From: Candidatus Methanomethylicia archaeon
GTDB lineage: Archaea; Thermoproteota; Methanomethylicia; CALHIW01
Length of the DNA: 64,000 nt
NCBI GenBank assembly: GCA_038845975.1
Contig: JAWBQF010000003.1
Location: 1-64,000 of the forward strand
Reading direction: 5' to 3'
Notes under the pieces: model-generated
Told to the model about the DNA's origin: nothing
Database searches by the model: none
What the model saw: only the letters and a program-made list of their open reading frames with translations
In this document: positions 1-10,472 of the stretch, in pieces
Layout: each line of letters starts with the position of its first letter
How positions within the stretch are numbered: position 1 is the first letter of the stretch
Position numbers and translations under genes: made by a program

Positions 1-194
1 CCACGATAATATAGATACATAACCTAAAACAATAAAACTAAATATCCGAAGCCATCCTAGAAGAACGAAAATATATAAGCAACATAACAACTAGAGTAAA
101 TGGAGTTCCCTCCCTACAAACCTAACAACTTTAACCATATTAACACCATAAATAGGGGAAGGAACTCCCAAATAAATCTAAAGTTAACAAAGCC
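1..194 (-). mobile_element. Left end of decayed IS6-family element (cut by window edge)
   Basis: Ends in ...aaataaatctaaagttaacaaagcc, reverse complement of the GGCTTTGTTAACTT terminal repeat; colinear with 32770-32974 and 49888-50082. Confidence 0.85.
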
Positions 195-816
195 TCTCAA
201 CAACATTTAAGAGTTTTCAGATGAGTTCAGAGATAAGATTGGAGCATATATATGTATACAGGTATTACTCTTTAAAATTTCTATGAAAATGTTTGAAAGC
301 CCTGTTAAAATCCTTAGGAGCTTAAAATGTTTACTAGCTGTTTCAGGTTAATTAGTAAAGATTTAATTGTGAAGTCATGCTTTTAGTTATTATAGAATGA
401 TTTTCAGAACATTTCCTATCAGTTAAGGTAAACATTTCGAATTTACTTATTGCTACTTTAAAATCTAATTTCATCTAAACACAGTATCATGGATAATTGA
501 TGAATAGTAGCATTCAATTATTCCTTATTATCTAGGATGCGGTTTACTGATCTGATTATTAAAATACTTTATATAATGTAATAGTTAAATGCTTCAAGAT
601 TTGAGAGCCATAATGCATTATTGATGAAGAAGTTAACATCGTAATGCTTCATCGAGATTTCAACGTCATTGTATTTTCCTCACGTATTTTCATTACAAGT
701 AAATACCTCTAAGCAGTTACTAATAAGTATTAAAAAATTAAAATTATTGAATTAATCTACTATTGGGGAAGCATAAGGAAGAGTTTAATAAAGGGGATGC
801 TGAAAATGATTGTACT

Positions 817-2985
817 TTAGATGGTTGGTTTAAATCTTTTAAGTAGGAGAGAATTTCCAATTACTGAGATATCGCTTAGCACCATGGCTATAGCTGAAAC
901 TGTTGGTGTAATTAAAACTTTAAATACAGGATATAAAATACCTGCAGCTATTGGAATTGCGGAAACATTATAAATAAATGCCCAAAACAGATTTTGCTTG
1001 ATTTTACTTACAGTCCTCCTACTTAACTCTATTGCAGAAACAACATCTCTTAGATCATCTCTTACTAATACAATATCTCCAGCTGATTTCGCTATGTCGG
1101 TGCCGGAGCCAATCGCTATTCCAATATCACTTTGAATTAGGGCTGGTGCATCGTTAATTCCATCTCCAACCATTATAACGATTTTTCCATTTTCCTGTAG
1201 TCTCTTAATCTCCTCTACCTTGTCTTGGGGCGAAACTTCAGCTAAAACCCTTTCTATTCCAAGCTTCTTAGCTATGAAGTTTGCAACCCTTCTATTATCA
1301 CCTGTCAATATAGTTACTTCCAATCCGATTTTCTTAAGTTTTTCTATTGCTTCTTTAGAAAATTCTTTCAAAGTATCTGCTACTCCTATTATACCGATAG
1401 CTTTTCTATTTAATGCAACGATTATGGTTGTAGCTCCGCTTTCCTGAAGAGATGATATTTCCTCTTCAAACTCTTTCACGTTAATCTCGTAATCATTCAT
1501 AAGAGCTAGATTTCCAACTAAAATCTCTTTACCATCATGCTCTGCTATAACCCCCCTTCCAGGTATAACTTTGAATCTTTCAGGATTAGGAACTTTGAAC
1601 TTTTTCTTTTCCGCTGTATTGACAATAGCTTGAGCTACAGGATGCTCAGAGTTTTTCTCTGCAATTGCAGCTAGCTCTAAAGCCTTTTCATTAATTATTT
1701 TAACAACTTCCGGTTTTCCCCTAGTTAAAGTACCGGTCTTATCAAGAACAATTGTATTAGCTCTATGTATTATTTCTAGTTTCCCTATATCTCTTATTAG
1801 AATGCCGAGTCTAGCTCCGATCCCCATTCCAACCATTAAAGCTGTAGGGGTTGCTAGACCTAGAGCACAGGGGCAAGCTATAACTAGGACGGAAACACTA
1901 GCTGTTATTGCAGAGGGAAGATCTAAATAAAAATACCAAGCTGAAAATGTGATTATGGAGATTAAGATAACTATAGGGATGAAATAACTAATAACTCTAT
2001 CAGCAATTCTTTGAATAGGTGCTTTAGTAAGTAAAGTTTCCTCAACAAGCCTAATTATTTGAGCTAACATGGTCTCTCTTCCAACTTTCTCCGCTCTTAT
2101 TTTCAATACACCAAACTTGTTTATAGTACCAGCAATAACCTTATCTCCAACTTTCTTATCAATAGGGATACTCTCCCCAGTAATCATGGATTCATCAATG
2201 CTCGAGTAGCCTTCAATTACCTCTCCATCAACGGGTATGCTTTCTCCAGGTTTAACGATTAGTATATCGTCAACTTTAACCTCTTCCAATGCAACCTTTA
2301 TTTCTTTCCCATCCCTAATTAAAGTAGCTGTTTTCGGCTTGAGTGAAATCAGCTTTCTTATTGCTTCATTTGCTTTCTTTCTTGTTAATTCTTCTAGGAA
2401 ATAACCAAAATAAATAGTTGTTAATACTGTGGTGGAAGCCTCGTAGAATACATGCTCCTTAAAAAGGAATGTAGCAAACACAGAGTAGAGATAAGCAATA
2501 GAAGTACTTAGTGTAACTAGTACATCCATGTTTGCAGTTTTGCTTCTTAAAGAAAACCAAGCACCCTTATAAAATTTGTAGCCAACCAGAACTTGAACAG
2601 GAGTTGCTAGGAGAAATAGTAGAGTATTGTATTCAGTAGAGTAATAGAATATTTCAATAATAAATACTGGTATTGTAAAAATCAACCCTATAAAGAAGAT
2701 TATAAGCTGCCTCTTTACTTTGAATTTTTCTCTATCTTCCTTTAAAATCTCCTCCTTTTCAAGAATATATGCTTCATATCCTAGATTTTTGATTGTTTTT
2801 TTAATTTTTTCCTCATCAATCTCGCTAGGATCATATGTAACAATAGCTTTTTTCACTGTAAAACTTACGGAAGCCTTAGTTATACCTCTTAATCGAGATA
2901 GTTCCCCCTCTATAGTAGCTGCACAACTAGCACAATGCATCCCCTCTACTCCAAAAACAATTTTCTTCTCCTTCATTTTACTCAA
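817..2985 (-). CDS. copA: Cu(I)-type heavy-metal P1B ATPase
   Basis: N-terminal GMHCASC HMA domain, TGES, CPC, DKTGT, SEHP, GDGIND, YN motif. Confidence 0.93.
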   Translation of the reverse strand: MSKMKEKKIVFGVEGMHCASCAATIEGELSRLRGITKASVSFTVKKAIVTYDPSEIDEEKIKKTIKNLGYEAYILEKEEILKEDREKFKVKRQLIIFFIGLIFTIPVFIIEIFYYSTEYNTLLFLLATPVQVLVGYKFYKGAWFSLRSKTANMDVLVTLSTSIAYLYSVFATFLFKEHVFYEASTTVLTTIYFGYFLEELTRKKANEAIRKLISLKPKTATLIRDGKEIKVALEEVKVDDILIVKPGESIPVDGEVIEGYSSIDESMITGESIPIDKKVGDKVIAGTINKFGVLKIRAEKVGRETMLAQIIRLVEETLLTKAPIQRIADRVISYFIPIVILISIITFSAWYFYLDLPSAITASVSVLVIACPCALGLATPTALMVGMGIGARLGILIRDIGKLEIIHRANTIVLDKTGTLTRGKPEVVKIINEKALELAAIAEKNSEHPVAQAIVNTAEKKKFKVPNPERFKVIPGRGVIAEHDGKEILVGNLALMNDYEINVKEFEEEISSLQESGATTIIVALNRKAIGIIGVADTLKEFSKEAIEKLKKIGLEVTILTGDNRRVANFIAKKLGIERVLAEVSPQDKVEEIKRLQENGKIVIMVGDGINDAPALIQSDIGIAIGSGTDIAKSAGDIVLVRDDLRDVVSAIELSRRTVSKIKQNLFWAFIYNVSAIPIAAGILYPVFKVLITPTVSAIAMVLSDISVIGNSLLLKRFKPTI

Positions 2986-3391
2986 CTTTACTATTACTTG
3001 ATATGTGCTGAAGCCTATTAATGAGGTTTAAAACCCTTATTTTTATCTCATCTCTAACTTTTCTAGCATCGCTTAAAGGCATTACTGTAGGGTCAGGTAT
3101 GCTCCACTCCTCAATATGTTTAGCATATACTATAGGACAAGTGGAGCCACTACAAACTATAATGGCTATATCAACATCTTGAACATCCATTGTTAACATC
3201 TTAGGCTTCTTATCGCTAATATCAATACCTTCCTCAAGCATTAGCTTAATAGCATTAGGGTGAATTTCCCTTGTAGGCTTTAAACCAGCGCTTAACGCTC
3301 TCCAACCTTTAGGTGCAAATTTATTAAAATAGGCTTCAGCAATTTGACTCCTAAAACTATTCTCTACACATACGAAGAGAACAGTACCCAT
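2978..3391 (-). CDS. arsC: Arsenate reductase / LMW protein-tyrosine phosphatase family
   Basis: P-loop CVENSFRSQ, SAG, two distal Cys (VCSGSTCP), W-x-IPDP; overlaps copA start by 8 nt. Confidence 0.85.
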   Translation of the reverse strand: MGTVLFVCVENSFRSQIAEAYFNKFAPKGWRALSAGLKPTREIHPNAIKLMLEEGIDISDKKPKMLTMDVQDVDIAIIVCSGSTCPIVYAKHIEEWSIPDPTVMPLSDARKVRDEIKIRVLNLINRLQHISSNSKVE

Positions 3392-3434
3392 TTAACCACT
3401 ACTATATGAATAATAGACTTAGTTATATTTATGT

Positions 3435-4664
3435 TTACTGTTTCTTTACTAGATTTGATAATGCTTCACATAGTGTATCTATGTCTTCCTTTACATTGTA
3501 TATGTAGAAGCTAGCTCTAGCTGTACCTTTTAACCCTAGCCTTTTTATTAGTGGTAGTGCGCAGTGATGTCCTGATCTTATGCATATATTGTAGTTTTCA
3601 TTTAGGTAGTTAGCTACATCATGATGATTTATATTCTTAACATTAAATGATAATACTCCACTTCTAGCTTCAATATTTCTCGGACCATATACTTCTATAT
3701 GATCTATTGTTGATAGGTTTTTTAATGCATAGTTTACTATTTCCTTTTCATGTTTATGTATATTTTCCATACCTAGATTCATTAGGTAGTCTATAGCAGT
3801 AGTGAGAGCTACTCCGCCGGCTATGTTTGGTGTTCCAGCTTCGAACTTCCATGGTGGTCTAGCCCATTTAGACTCGTATAAATCTACATCACTAATCATA
3901 TCTCCACCACCCATGAATGGATCCATTTCCTCTAAAACATCTTTTTTAGCATATAGTACTCCTATACCTGTTGGAGCAAGCATTTTATGTCCTGAGAATG
4001 CTAGGAAGTCGCAATCTATATCCTTAACGTTTACTGGTATGTGGGGTACTGATTGTGCTCCATCAACAAGAAAGATGGCATTTACTTCATGTGCTATTTT
4101 ACCTATTTTCTTAACATCATTTATAGTCCCCAAAACATTTGATACATGAGTTACAGTTATAATTCTTGTTTTACTTGATATCTTCTCTTCAAATTCATGA
4201 ATTTTAAGTCTACCATTATCATTTACATCTACATATTTCAGTTTTACATTTTTCCTTTTAGCTATTATCTGCCATGGAACTATGTTGCTATGATGCTCCA
4301 TAATTGTTAATATTATTTCATCGTTTTGATTTAGATTGTTTAAAGCCCATGAATAGGCAACGAGATTTATAGCTTCAGTAGTATTCCTTACAAATACTAT
4401 TTCCTCCATATCGTTGGCGTTGATGAATTTCGCTACCTTGACATGTGCTTCCTCATACATTTCAGAGGCTTCCTGTGAAAGATCATATAATCCTCTATGT
4501 ATGTTTGCATAGTTCTCCATATAGAATCTGGATAATGCCTCAATAACCTGTATAGGCTTCTGGGAGGAAGCTGCACTATCAAGATAAATTACTGGTTTAC
4601 CTCTAATTCTCCTCTTAAAAATAGGGAAATCCTCTCTAACCATATAAGGATCAAACATTTCCAC
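3435..4664 (-). CDS. sufS: SufS-type cysteine desulfurase
   Basis: YLDSAASSQKP, MEHHSN, DGAQ, FSGHKM, RSGHHCA. Confidence 0.95.
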   Translation of the reverse strand: MEMFDPYMVREDFPIFKRRIRGKPVIYLDSAASSQKPIQVIEALSRFYMENYANIHRGLYDLSQEASEMYEEAHVKVAKFINANDMEEIVFVRNTTEAINLVAYSWALNNLNQNDEIILTIMEHHSNIVPWQIIAKRKNVKLKYVDVNDNGRLKIHEFEEKISSKTRIITVTHVSNVLGTINDVKKIGKIAHEVNAIFLVDGAQSVPHIPVNVKDIDCDFLAFSGHKMLAPTGIGVLYAKKDVLEEMDPFMGGGDMISDVDLYESKWARPPWKFEAGTPNIAGGVALTTAIDYLMNLGMENIHKHEKEIVNYALKNLSTIDHIEVYGPRNIEARSGVLSFNVKNINHHDVANYLNENYNICIRSGHHCALPLIKRLGLKGTARASFYIYNVKEDIDTLCEALSNLVKKQ

Positions 4665-4709
4665 ACCTTAAGCTATAGATAATAGTCTTAATATAAATCT
4701 TAGTTCAAT

Positions 4710-6083
4710 TCATGATGAATGATCATATTGATTTAGGTATTCACTAAATTGCTCTACATATTTGTATCCTGTATCTGGAAATATGAGGATGTATGTTCCC
4801 TCATTATAGCTTAGCTTCTTAAATGCGCCTACTACAGCTCCAGCACTTAACCCTATTAGTAATCCTTCTTTTCTAGCTATTTCTATAGCTGACTCTATTG
4901 CTTCGCTTCTTTTAATATCGATAACCTCGTCGAAGTCAACCCAGTAATACCACTTCATCCCTGTTTCTATCCTACGTATTCCAGGAATTACTTCGTTTGG
5001 TGCTGGTTGAACACCTATAATTTTAATATTGTTATATTTATTCTTGAAATATATTGATATAGCGCTCATGTGGCCTGATGTTCCTAAACCACCGATTATA
5101 CATGTAGGCTTTACACCTATAATTTTTAGCTGTTCATCGATTTCTTTCGCTGTATATTTTAAGTGGACCTTAAGGTTTGCATCGTTCTCAAACTGGTTTA
5201 GATGGGTTGCATCTGACTTTCTAGATTCCTCATCTACTGTTTCAATACTCTCAACAGTTAAGCCTACAGGCATTCTTACAACTTCAGCTCCTAAGACTTT
5301 AAGGTATATATCACTAGCCTTCTGTACTGTTTGTGGTATGAATAGTTTAGTTTTAACTCCAAGTGTGTTAGCTATTGATGTTAATGCTATACCTGTATTT
5401 GTTGATGTTGCCTCGTAAAGTATTTGTTTAAGTCTACCTTTACTTAATGAATCCATAATCATTGACCATCCTATCCTATCCTTAACACTATTACTGAATG
5501 GATTATATCCTTCAAGCTTAGCCCATACATTCCTACCACTACTTGATAGTGAGTTTAGCTTAACTAGTGGTGTAGGCCACCCCTTATATAGAAGCTCCAA
5601 TGTACTTCCATAAACATTATATACTCTAGCCTTATCTTCCTCTCTACCTCCCCATACACCAAGCTCATTTAAACTTATATTTATGCTTGGAACCCTTCCT
5701 TTTACAATAACTTTAAAACTGTTAAATGGGAGTTTTGGTCCTTTAAGTCCAGCACTTAAAATATCATTAATTGTTATAGGTTTTAAGCCATGCTGTAACG
5801 ATCTTACAGAAACATTCCTAATATCCACCTTGACTACAGGTAATTTACGAGCAGTAAGTAATTGAAGCGCCTCGTAAACTTCATGTCCATCAAGAATAAC
5901 GAAATGTTCAGCATCTACAGTAATTGGTTTAGAAACAATATTTCTCATTAGGATTTCTACGTATTCAGGTAGGATACTTCTTAAATCCATATCTACGGAT
6001 GCTTTCAACTCCTCAATATTTAAAAACTCCACAATATTGCTTTCAATAGCTTGAATACACATAATAACTCTGTTATAAAGCAT
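4710..6083 (-). CDS. PLP-dependent cysteine synthase (O-phosphoserine sulfhydrylase-like) with N-terminal ParB/SerK-like domain
   Basis: C-terminal ~300 aa: PTPLV, KLEGYNPFSNSVKDR, GLGTSG, IPGIRR, FPDTG; N-terminal ~145 aa: PITVD...VILDGH...LPVV. Confidence 0.85.
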   Translation of the reverse strand: MLYNRVIMCIQAIESNIVEFLNIEELKASVDMDLRSILPEYVEILMRNIVSKPITVDAEHFVILDGHEVYEALQLLTARKLPVVKVDIRNVSVRSLQHGLKPITINDILSAGLKGPKLPFNSFKVIVKGRVPSINISLNELGVWGGREEDKARVYNVYGSTLELLYKGWPTPLVKLNSLSSSGRNVWAKLEGYNPFSNSVKDRIGWSMIMDSLSKGRLKQILYEATSTNTGIALTSIANTLGVKTKLFIPQTVQKASDIYLKVLGAEVVRMPVGLTVESIETVDEESRKSDATHLNQFENDANLKVHLKYTAKEIDEQLKIIGVKPTCIIGGLGTSGHMSAISIYFKNKYNNIKIIGVQPAPNEVIPGIRRIETGMKWYYWVDFDEVIDIKRSEAIESAIEIARKEGLLIGLSAGAVVGAFKKLSYNEGTYILIFPDTGYKYVEQFSEYLNQYDHSS

Positions 6084-6487
6084 ATTAATAAATTTAACTA
6101 TAGATGCATTACGCTGCCAACCTTAAATGTTATTGCACTACCTTACTATGGAAATACATTAAATGAAGCCAATATCTACTAGCCTAATGAAGAATATAAT
6201 AGTAGAGACATAGAGAGTAAAGATGAATTTATAAAATGAATCATAGTAATAAGCTAATAACTATATTAAACGATGATGCTAGGTATTATAGAGCTTCATG
6301 TAGGAAGTAACATGTACATCCATATTTAATTAAGTTTAGAAATATAAAATATTAAGTTGTATACTTGTTAATGAATATTATTTATTAAGGATAAGTAAAC
6401 CTCCATTTACAGAATGTAGAAGTATTATTTGAAGACCATATATGGATTTAAATCATATTTGTAGTTAGGCTTTATTTGAAATAGTAA

Positions 6488-6513
6488 CGAATATTTTAGG
6501 GAAAAACTTAATC
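6488..6513 (+). promoter_or_regulatory. CGAA-N4-TTAG site followed by BRE/TATA-like sequence upstream of MtaA-like gene
   Basis: cgaatattttag ggaaaaa cttaat, about 30 nt upstream of GTG 6538; 1 mismatch to the palindrome at 24219. Confidence 0.4.
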
Positions 6514-6537
6514 ATAAACAATCTATATTACAGTAGT

Positions 6538-7587
6538 GTGATTAGGGGAATATATACTCCGAAAGCAAGATTGCTTACAGTATTGCTTGGAGGTAGTGTT
6601 GATAGAATTCCTGTTACATCCATTGCCGGATGTTCAGGAACTGTAAATGTTGAGATGCAAGACTATGCTGGTATCTATTGGCCTGAAGCACATAAAGATC
6701 CTGAGAAAATGGCTAAACTAGCAATTGTAAGCTACATGATGAGCGGATTAGAATGTGTACGTGTACCGTTTGATATGGTTGTTGAAGCTGAAGCCTTCGG
6801 ATGTAAGATTAAATGGTTTGAAGCTAGAGACTCTGTTCCAATGGTGGCAAGTCATCCCTACAACATTTCCTCTAAGCTTAACATTCCAAATGATATTTTA
6901 AGTAGGGGAAGAATTCCTACAATATTGAATGCAATAAGGTTTTTAAGGAGGAAAGTTGGTAGCTTCTTACCAATTTCATCGTCAGCTTTAGGCCCATTCA
7001 CCCTAGCTGGGGAGCTTACAGGTATAGAGAGACTGCTAATTCAATGTGTGAAGAATTTGAGACAGGTTATAGAATTTATAAATGGAATTGAAGAGTTTAT
7101 AATTGATTACTGTAGATCTCAATATAGAGCAGGTTCAGATATTATTGTGATAGTTGAACCATCAGCATCATCAGATTTAATCAGTCCAAAAATGTTTAGG
7201 GATATTGTTAAGCCATCATTGATAAGAATAGCTAGCGAACTGAAAGGATTTAAGATATTGCATATTTGTGGAAATACATCACTTATTATTAAGGATATGG
7301 CTGAATGTGGTTACCATGGAGTTAGCATTAGTAACTCCGTAAATATTAGAATGACAAAAATACTTATGGGGAAAACTAAACTCCTAGGAGGCATCTCAAC
7401 AAAAACTCTACTTTTAGGGTCTCCGGAAAATATAAGAGAAGCTGTAAGAGAAGCAATAAATGCCGGTATCGATATTGTTGAGCCTGAATGCGGAATCCCA
7501 CCAAATACACCATTAATAAACATAAAATCTCTTGTAGAGGAGACTGTTAGCTATAGTAATATAAGAGGACCACCGTTAATTCTATAA
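6538..7587 (+). CDS. MtaA/CmuA-family methylcobamide methyltransferase (URO-D fold)
   Basis: WPEAH.DPEKMAKLA, VPFD..VEAEAFG, GPFTLA, Zn-binding LHICG and distal PECG. Confidence 0.85.
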   Translation: MIRGIYTPKARLLTVLLGGSVDRIPVTSIAGCSGTVNVEMQDYAGIYWPEAHKDPEKMAKLAIVSYMMSGLECVRVPFDMVVEAEAFGCKIKWFEARDSVPMVASHPYNISSKLNIPNDILSRGRIPTILNAIRFLRRKVGSFLPISSSALGPFTLAGELTGIERLLIQCVKNLRQVIEFINGIEEFIIDYCRSQYRAGSDIIVIVEPSASSDLISPKMFRDIVKPSLIRIASELKGFKILHICGNTSLIIKDMAECGYHGVSISNSVNIRMTKILMGKTKLLGGISTKTLLLGSPENIREAVREAINAGIDIVEPECGIPPNTPLINIKSLVEETVSYSNIRGPPLIL

Positions 7588-8423
7588 GGTATTAAATTAG
7601 AAGTTACGTAGTTAATATAGGTAATTTATTTTGCTTATGGCTTAATTTGAAATTTACAAATTTAAAATTTTATAAAATAGAAATTTTAGTAGGCTTTCTA
7701 TAATTAGTATTTAATGGATAAAATATGGGAATTAAGTATTAAGCTGCATAGTTTTTATTTCTATTGATATAAGATAAGCCAATTACCAGTAAAAATAAAG
7801 AGAGGTGTTTAAAGGTTAAGGGAATAGTCCTAACCTAAACACATTCTATTTGATTACTGGTATTCACAACTAAAACCTTAGCTTTTTAGTAAGCCCTACC
7901 TGTTTTCCTAATAAGGTCAAAACAAGAATCTTAGTGGACTTAGTAATAGGTCTGTAAGCTACATAAAGATACCACTAGATGAATTAACAGTTTACCTTAA
8001 GGGCTATGATGTGATGGAGATATTCAGAACCACATTAAAGGAATGATACAGTAAATACTATATCATCGCAGTCCTGACATAGTCCTAAGGAGAAGCTTGA
8101 AGACATGGACCAATCCATAGGGGTAAAAAGGGGTACAAAATACGTCATGGTTAAATACTGTAAAGTTAAAAGGCTAAATCATATACATCTACATACATAG
8201 AGTATCATCATCTAATATTATGTCAAGAGTATTAATTAGATCTGAACGCAGTAAAATGAGGTAGTAGTTAATAGTACTCTTAATCGTTAGCTCTGCTTTA
8301 AATTATTCGTTTGAAATAGTAGATATGAAATCTATCATCAATATTTCAGATACATATAATAGTTAATAATATATTTTTAAGGATTTATAGTGAGTTCAAG
8401 TAGCTATGAAATGTAGTTATGCT

Positions 8424-9041
8424 TTATAATTTGAAGTATTCCTCTAGTAGTTTACGTATTCCTCTCCTTATTGTTTCTGAGAGTGTTGACGGACTTACAC
8501 CCATTTTCTTTGAGAGTTGAGATATCCTGATTTTTCTCGGGTAATCGAAGAAGCCCATTTTTAATGCTAGCCATAAGGCTTTCTCCTGATTTTTTGTTAA
8601 GGTCTTCCCTTTCATATTGAATTTTACTATTTTTGAAATCTTAGGCTTCATACCTATACTCTCTATAGCTGTTATTATTTTTCTATAATAATTAAAGCTT
8701 GGAGCTATAAAGCTATATATGAATGTTTGGTTTTGAATATGTTTAGCTGATACAAGAAGTGAGCCATGTGCTAGTATTGTATTACACACATCACACCCTA
8801 TACTCTCAATTAAAACTACGGTTTTTCCCTTCCTCCATCTATATGTTTTAATAAGTATTTCCCTAGGTATCTTTACTATATCCTCCGTTAATATCTCTAC
8901 AAGATGTATAACCTGTCCTCCAGTAACTCCTCTAATATCAATGCACTTAAAGCTATCTATACCGACCTCCCTCATAACCTCCATTACCTTACACTTCTTA
9001 TTCTCCAGTTCAATTGATACTTGATACGGTTCAACCCACAA
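8424..9041 (-). CDS. HTH_10 (bacterio-opsin activator/NarO/DmsR-like) transcription regulator
   Basis: C-terminal LTKNQ..AL..A...GFFDYPRKI....LS..MGVSPSTLSETIRRG; N-terminal Cys residues including GCDVC. Confidence 0.9.
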   Translation of the reverse strand: MWVEPYQVSIELENKKCKVMEVMREVGIDSFKCIDIRGVTGGQVIHLVEILTEDIVKIPREILIKTYRWRKGKTVVLIESIGCDVCNTILAHGSLLVSAKHIQNQTFIYSFIAPSFNYYRKIITAIESIGMKPKISKIVKFNMKGKTLTKNQEKALWLALKMGFFDYPRKIRISQLSKKMGVSPSTLSETIRRGIRKLLEEYFKL

Positions 9042-9489
9042 TTATAACCACCTAAAATATTCTTTTTAAGGTAAATTAGTAGAGCTAACATATTAAGCTA
9101 TGGGTAAAGCTATGAATATCTCATATGACCTGTAAAATATTACTTATTCACTTAACAGCTTCATTTCTATAGGGAACATTAGCCTCCAAATATGCTGTTT
9201 TACTTAGATATGATGAAAGAATTAGAATGGAATGTTGTATTGATCGGATTTCTATTACTGAAGTATCCTAGTAGAATTATTGGTAAGCTTAAATCAATAT
9301 CTAGAGAGTAAAGATAGAGTATTGGTGTATATGTAGTTGAGGTTCCGTATTATCATGCAGTACATATGATGGTTATGAGGTATTAAAGAAGCTAAGAGAA
9401 TAGTATTGATACTAAACTTTTAGAGCAGTTTTGAAAGAAGTAAGCCATACAGACATAACTTCATAGATTTATCTATGAAGTTATACTAT

Positions 9490-9896
9490 GCTGTATCTAA
9501 CAGCTCCTTCAGGATCATTTATATGTCTCCATAATCCTCTTTTAGCCATTAGGATTATAGTACCCAACTCCCTATTAATGCATCGGACAATGTAGATTCA
9601 TCAAGACCAGGCTTTACCAGAATATAGGAGGAGGTTTCCGATAGCCTATTCCCATACTCGTCAAGTAACTCTACAAATATCTTTACTGGGGATAAATATC
9701 CTAGAGTTTCAGAACCTAACTCTCTAACCACTACACTTATATCCCTAGCTGTAGGCCATAGGTTAAGATCTTTAACTATATTTAATGGTATAGCTAAAAT
9801 CGGAGCTTCGGTTTCCACACAGCATTTGCTAGAGCTATTGTTTCAATAGATTTTACCTGATACTGTATGTATTCTAATTCTTACCCTTACAGCCAT
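9490..9896 (-). pseudogene. Frameshifted archaeal clan AA aspartyl-protease-like gene
   Basis: MAVRVRIRI start, then frameshifts into IETIALAN / ETEAPILAIP / DESTLSDALI and a GLWRHIND tail; ORF 9555..9818 is the middle fragment. Confidence 0.65.
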
Positions 9897-10097
9897 ATTC
9901 CTCAACAATCTTAGAGATGCTGGCTTCAATCCTAAACCTTCTAAATCTTATTTTCATATCTCTTCTAGGTTTAAGATCCCTCCAAGTAATGCTTCATATT
10001 CATCCCTGGATAAAAACAAAGTAACAGCCTCCCCCATACATATTTAAAATAATACTAACATATTTTTAACTAAAAACATTGAATGTCTTCGAATTTT

Positions 10098-10461
10098 AGC
10101 TTTGTTTAATATTTTCCCCTATTATGATTAAGTTATTCTATTTGTTGCTTATATATTTCGTTCATCTAAATGCTTCGGATATTTTAAGCTTTATCGTAGT
10201 GTTATTGTATTCATATCGTCATTGTTTATCTTAAGCTATTCGAGTTTGATAGGAGAGTTAGAATTTTACGGTTGATGATGCTATTATGAGTGTAAGCTCC
10301 AAAATAGATTATTATGTTGCTTGAGCTATGTACGTAATAATGAACATGTATCCATACTCATAAAATCAATAGTATAGTTAACAAACATGAATTACAAAAG
10401 GATAAAGCTAAGAATTCATATAGCAATACAAAAGCAATAAATATGTTTAAGTTCGCGAAGC
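10098..10461 (+). mobile_element. Heavily decayed, internally deleted IS6-family copy
   Basis: Blocks such as gcttatatatttcgttcatcta, gtttatcttaagctattcgagtttgatagg and aagctaagaattcata match the other copies; boundaries approximate. Confidence 0.65.
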
Positions 10462-10472
10462 TATTCATTTAG

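Noticed and set aside
205-230. agagttttcagatgagttc resembling the IS5 end at 63307
   Set aside because: Too short to call as an element on its own
7780-8260. Possible transposase or gene relic
   Set aside because: Coding-like composition but no motif I can assign
10080-10091. TGAA-TGTC-TTCG near-palindrome
   Set aside because: No TATA at the expected spacing and only pseudogene/IS neighbours
10456-10467. CGAA-GCTA-TTCA upstream of the phosphorylase as a regulon site
   Set aside because: Overlaps the decayed IS6 terminus and lies 13 nt, not 8 nt, from the TATA box
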